Shown: piece after piece, positions 4,630 through 6,128 of the stretch | How positions within the stretch are numbered: the stretch's first letter is position 1 | Layout of the letters: every line of letters begins with the position of its first letter | Source: Candidatus Pacearchaeota archaeon | Lineage (GTDB): Archaea; Nanobdellota; Nanobdellia; Pacearchaeales; GW2011-AR1 | Direction: 5' to 3' | NCBI GenBank assembly: GCA_002688165.1 | Contig: NZCB01000006.1 | Location: 25,097-31,224, forward strand | DNA length: 6,128 bases | Program-made: the position numbers and the translations under genes | Notes under the pieces: model-generated | The model's database searches: none | The model's input: only the letters and a program-made list of their open reading frames with translations | What the model was told of the DNA's origin: nothing

Positions 4630-4661
4630 AAAAATAAAAACACTGGGGAAAATCCCCAGTG
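4630..4661 (-). terminator. GC-rich perfect hairpin (9-bp stem, 3-nt loop) followed on the minus strand by TTTTTATTTTT; terminator- or attenuator-like
   Basis: CACTGGGGA (4641-4649) and TCCCCAGTG (4653-4661) are exact reverse complements. The plus-strand AAAAATAAAAA at 4630-4640 reads as a T-tract immediately 3' of the hairpin on the minus strand. No minus-strand CDS lies upstream of it. Confidence 0.4.
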
Positions 4662-4682
4662 CACCTCTTTATCCCTTTCAGA

Positions 4683-4704
4683 GCTGTATATACTATGTAT
4701 ATAC
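4683..4704. repeat. operator-like module copy 1: GCTGTATATAC-TA-TGTATATAC, with two GTATATAC palindromes 11 bp apart
   Basis: GTATATAC occurs at 4686-4693 and 4697-4704. The 22-nt module recurs at 4744-4765 with 2 mismatches. Confidence 0.85.
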
Positions 4705-4706
4705 CC

Positions 4707-4716
4707 TATTTAAATA
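4707..4716. promoter_or_regulatory. palindromic TATA-like box TATTTAAATA, potentially bidirectional
   Basis: Perfect 10-bp palindrome. It is centred about 29 nt upstream of the ATG at 4741 on the plus strand. On the minus strand it is about 28 nt upstream of position ~4684. Confidence 0.35.
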
Positions 4717-4731
4717 TTTCTACAGGCGAAT

Positions 4732-5631
4732 ATGATTGAAATGGCTGTATATACATTGTATATACTATATATTTATAAAACTTTTTTTCTTAATATATTC
4801 AAGATGTGCTTTACACCAACAATATCTCTAACAACTGCAATAATAGAATTTCTCGTAGTTATTTACCTAATAAAACGAATTAAAGATAAAAGCCTAAGAG
4901 CCCTTCCTTGGATTATTTTAATTCTCGGATTATATCAATTAACTGAATTTTTTTTATGTACAACAAATAATCAGATATGGCCTAAATTAGGATTTATTAT
5001 GTATACTTTCTTACCTATTTTATTGATGCAATTGTTTTATGATTTATCTAATAAAAAATTAAATAAATTAACATATTTGGTTCCATTGACTTATGCGGCT
5101 ATTGCATTATTTTATCCTGGATTTAATATTTCTGCAACTTGTGAAACTTTTTTTCTAAATATTAAGAATTTATTTCTGTGGGGGAATAAGGCATTACTTT
5201 GGATTTATATATTATACTATGGACTATTTCCCTTATATGGAGCATATGTTTTTATTAATAATAAAAGTAAGATAAATGAAGAGAATAATCAAAAAATAAG
5301 GATTTGTTATATGTTGATTCCAGTAGCATTAATTTTGGCCCAGGCAATTTTAATTATAATGTTTAATAAAGTTAATAATTCTCCTATATGGATAGCAACA
5401 AGTGCGGTATTAATAATGGTCTCTATAATTTTAATGATTATGTCATTTACAAAAATAAAGATAAATGCGTTTAAAAATATATTATTAGTAGTTTTATTTG
5501 GTTCGGTAATGATGGCATATTTGTTATATCAGTTACTTCCAGAATTTGGAATAAGATTTGCATCAATTTATTGTCAATTCTCATTACTCTATGCAATAGC
5601 TGCAATTTTATATGTAGAATCAACTCATTAA
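4732..5631 (+). CDS. polytopic integral membrane protein (about 8 TM segments), function unknown; start codon ambiguous (4732, 4741 or 4804)
   Basis: The 299-aa ORF has many long hydrophobic stretches separated by short Lys/Asn-rich loops. I see no recognisable catalytic motif and almost no His. The first 24 codons are encoded by the duplicated operator and TATA module, so the true start is likely 4741 or 4804. Confidence 0.7.
   Translation: MIEMAVYTLYILYIYKTFFLNIFKMCFTPTISLTTAIIEFLVVIYLIKRIKDKSLRALPWIILILGLYQLTEFFLCTTNNQIWPKLGFIMYTFLPILLMQLFYDLSNKKLNKLTYLVPLTYAAIALFYPGFNISATCETFFLNIKNLFLWGNKALLWIYILYYGLFPLYGAYVFINNKSKINEENNQKIRICYMLIPVALILAQAILIIMFNKVNNSPIWIATSAVLIMVSIILMIMSFTKIKINAFKNILLVVLFGSVMMAYLLYQLLPEFGIRFASIYCQFSLLYAIAAILYVESTH
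4744..4765. repeat. operator-like module copy 2: GCTGTATATAC-AT-TGTATATAC
   Basis: GTATATAC occurs at 4747-4754 and 4758-4765, exactly 61 bp from copy 1. It is followed by the TATA-like TTTATAAAA at 4772-4780, which is about 28 nt upstream of the ATG at 4804. Confidence 0.85.
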
Positions 5632-5647
5632 AAATTATATCAACACA

Positions 5648-5655
5648 TATAAAAA
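5648..5655 (+). promoter_or_regulatory. TATA-like box TATAAAAA about 28 nt upstream of the ligase ATG
   Basis: TATAAAAA lies at 5648-5655. There is no SD before 5680, consistent with a leaderless ligase mRNA. Confidence 0.35.
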
Positions 5656-5679
5656 CTAATCTAACTTATTTTAAAAAAG

Positions 5680-6128
5680 ATGAAATATAATCTATTAGCA
5701 CAAACATATCAAGAACTTGAGAATAATTCTTCGAGATTGAAGAAGATAGAAATTCTATCTATATTTTTGAATAAGTTAAAAAATTCTAAACTTCCTGAAA
5801 CAATATATTTATTGCAGGGAAGGGCATTTCCAGATTATTCTGAGAAGGAATTTGGAATTTCTGAAAAATTAGCAATAAAGGCTTTAGCAAAGGCTTCAGG
5901 AGTTTCAGAAAATGAATTGGTATCTAAATGGAAGAAGTTAGGTGATTTGGGACTTGTTGCAGAGGAAGTTATTAAAAATAAAAAACAAGGAACTTTGTTT
6001 TCTCAAGAATTAACAACTAAAAAGGTTTTAGAAAATTTAAGGAAATTGCCTGAATTAATTGGAAGGGGAACTGTAAATCAGAAATTAGCTTTGATTTCAG
6101 AACTTTTAACTTCTGCTCATCCTTTAGA
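5680..6128 (+). CDS. lig: ATP-dependent DNA ligase, N-terminal DNA-binding domain; 3'-truncated by the window end and absent from the ORF track
   Basis: Manual translation from ATG 5680 gives MKYNLLAQTYQELENNSSRLKKIEILSIFLNKL...YLLQGRAFPDYSEKEFGISEKLAIKALAKASGVSENEL...GDLGLVAEEV...KQGTLFSQELTTKKVLENLRKL...G.GTVNQKLALISELLTSAHPL. This is collinear with archaeal Lig N-termini, for example the Pyrococcus MRYLELAQLYQKLEKTT...[23 protein letters not shown]...GDLGE...FFSQPLTIKRV (recalled from memory). The frame stays open to the last base of the window. Confidence 0.9.
   Translation, partial: MKYNLLAQTYQELENNSSRLKKIEILSIFLNKLKNSKLPETIYLLQGRAFPDYSEKEFGISEKLAIKALAKASGVSENELVSKWKKLGDLGLVAEEVIKNKKQGTLFSQELTTKKVLENLRKLPELIGRGTVNQKLALISELLTSAHPL

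Noticed and set aside
4612-4662. 16-codon minus-strand mini-ORF (GTG-initiated, VHWGFSPVFLFFLENF) spanning the hairpin after AAAGAGGTG
   Set aside because: The putative GTG start is part of the SD-like motif itself, so there is no spacer. The peptide is just the translated hairpin and T-tract. There is no independent support.
4683-4765. Possible CRISPR array or mobile-element terminal repeats (the GCTGTATATAC modules)
   Set aside because: There are only two 22-nt copies 61 bp apart. Each is internally palindromic and adjoins a TATA box and a start codon. There are no cas genes, no transposase, and no further repeat-spacer units. Operator and promoter duplication fits better.

Overview
This is a very AT-rich, tightly packed archaeal window. 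The archaeal assignment rests on ribosomal protein L15e, the N-terminus of an ATP-dependent DNA ligase, a 75-nt tRNA-Ile(GAU) with no encoded CCA, and TTTAAAAA-type TATA boxes about 26-29 nt upstream of gene starts. The gene density and the number of unrecognisable small proteins suggest a reduced-genome (DPANN-like) archaeon, but I cannot establish lineage from sequence alone.

I support 12 CDSs and one tRNA:
- possible 3' end of an unknown gene (19-258)
- small 3-TM protein (301-540)
- SemiSWEET/PQ-loop transporter (590-946)
- orphan 117-aa protein (949-1302, minus)
- rpl15e (1324-1896, minus)
- tRNA-Ile (1942-2016, minus)
- orphan 160-aa protein (2112-2594, minus)
- zinc-ribbon plus Hsp20-like fusion (2648-3283, minus)
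- endonuclease V homolog (3425-4117)
- two-TM poly-Glu membrane protein (4114-4443, minus)
- 50-aa SpoVT/AbrB-fold ORF missing from the supplied track (4440-4592, minus)
- polytopic membrane protein (4732-5631)
- 5'-partial DNA ligase, also missing from the track (5680-6128)

The most unusual locus is 4114-4806. There, the AbrB-like mini-protein is translationally coupled through an ATGA overlap to the acidic two-TM protein. That pair is transcribed divergently from the polytopic membrane protein across a highly structured intergenic region. The region holds a 17-bp palindrome at the expected TATA position, a perfect GC-rich 9-bp hairpin with a T-tract, and a tandemly duplicated ~61-bp unit carrying four GTATATAC palindromes at 11-bp phasing.

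The second notable point is that the endonuclease V homolog has lost several canonical catalytic residues. I found no CRISPR array, transposase, integrase or rRNA.
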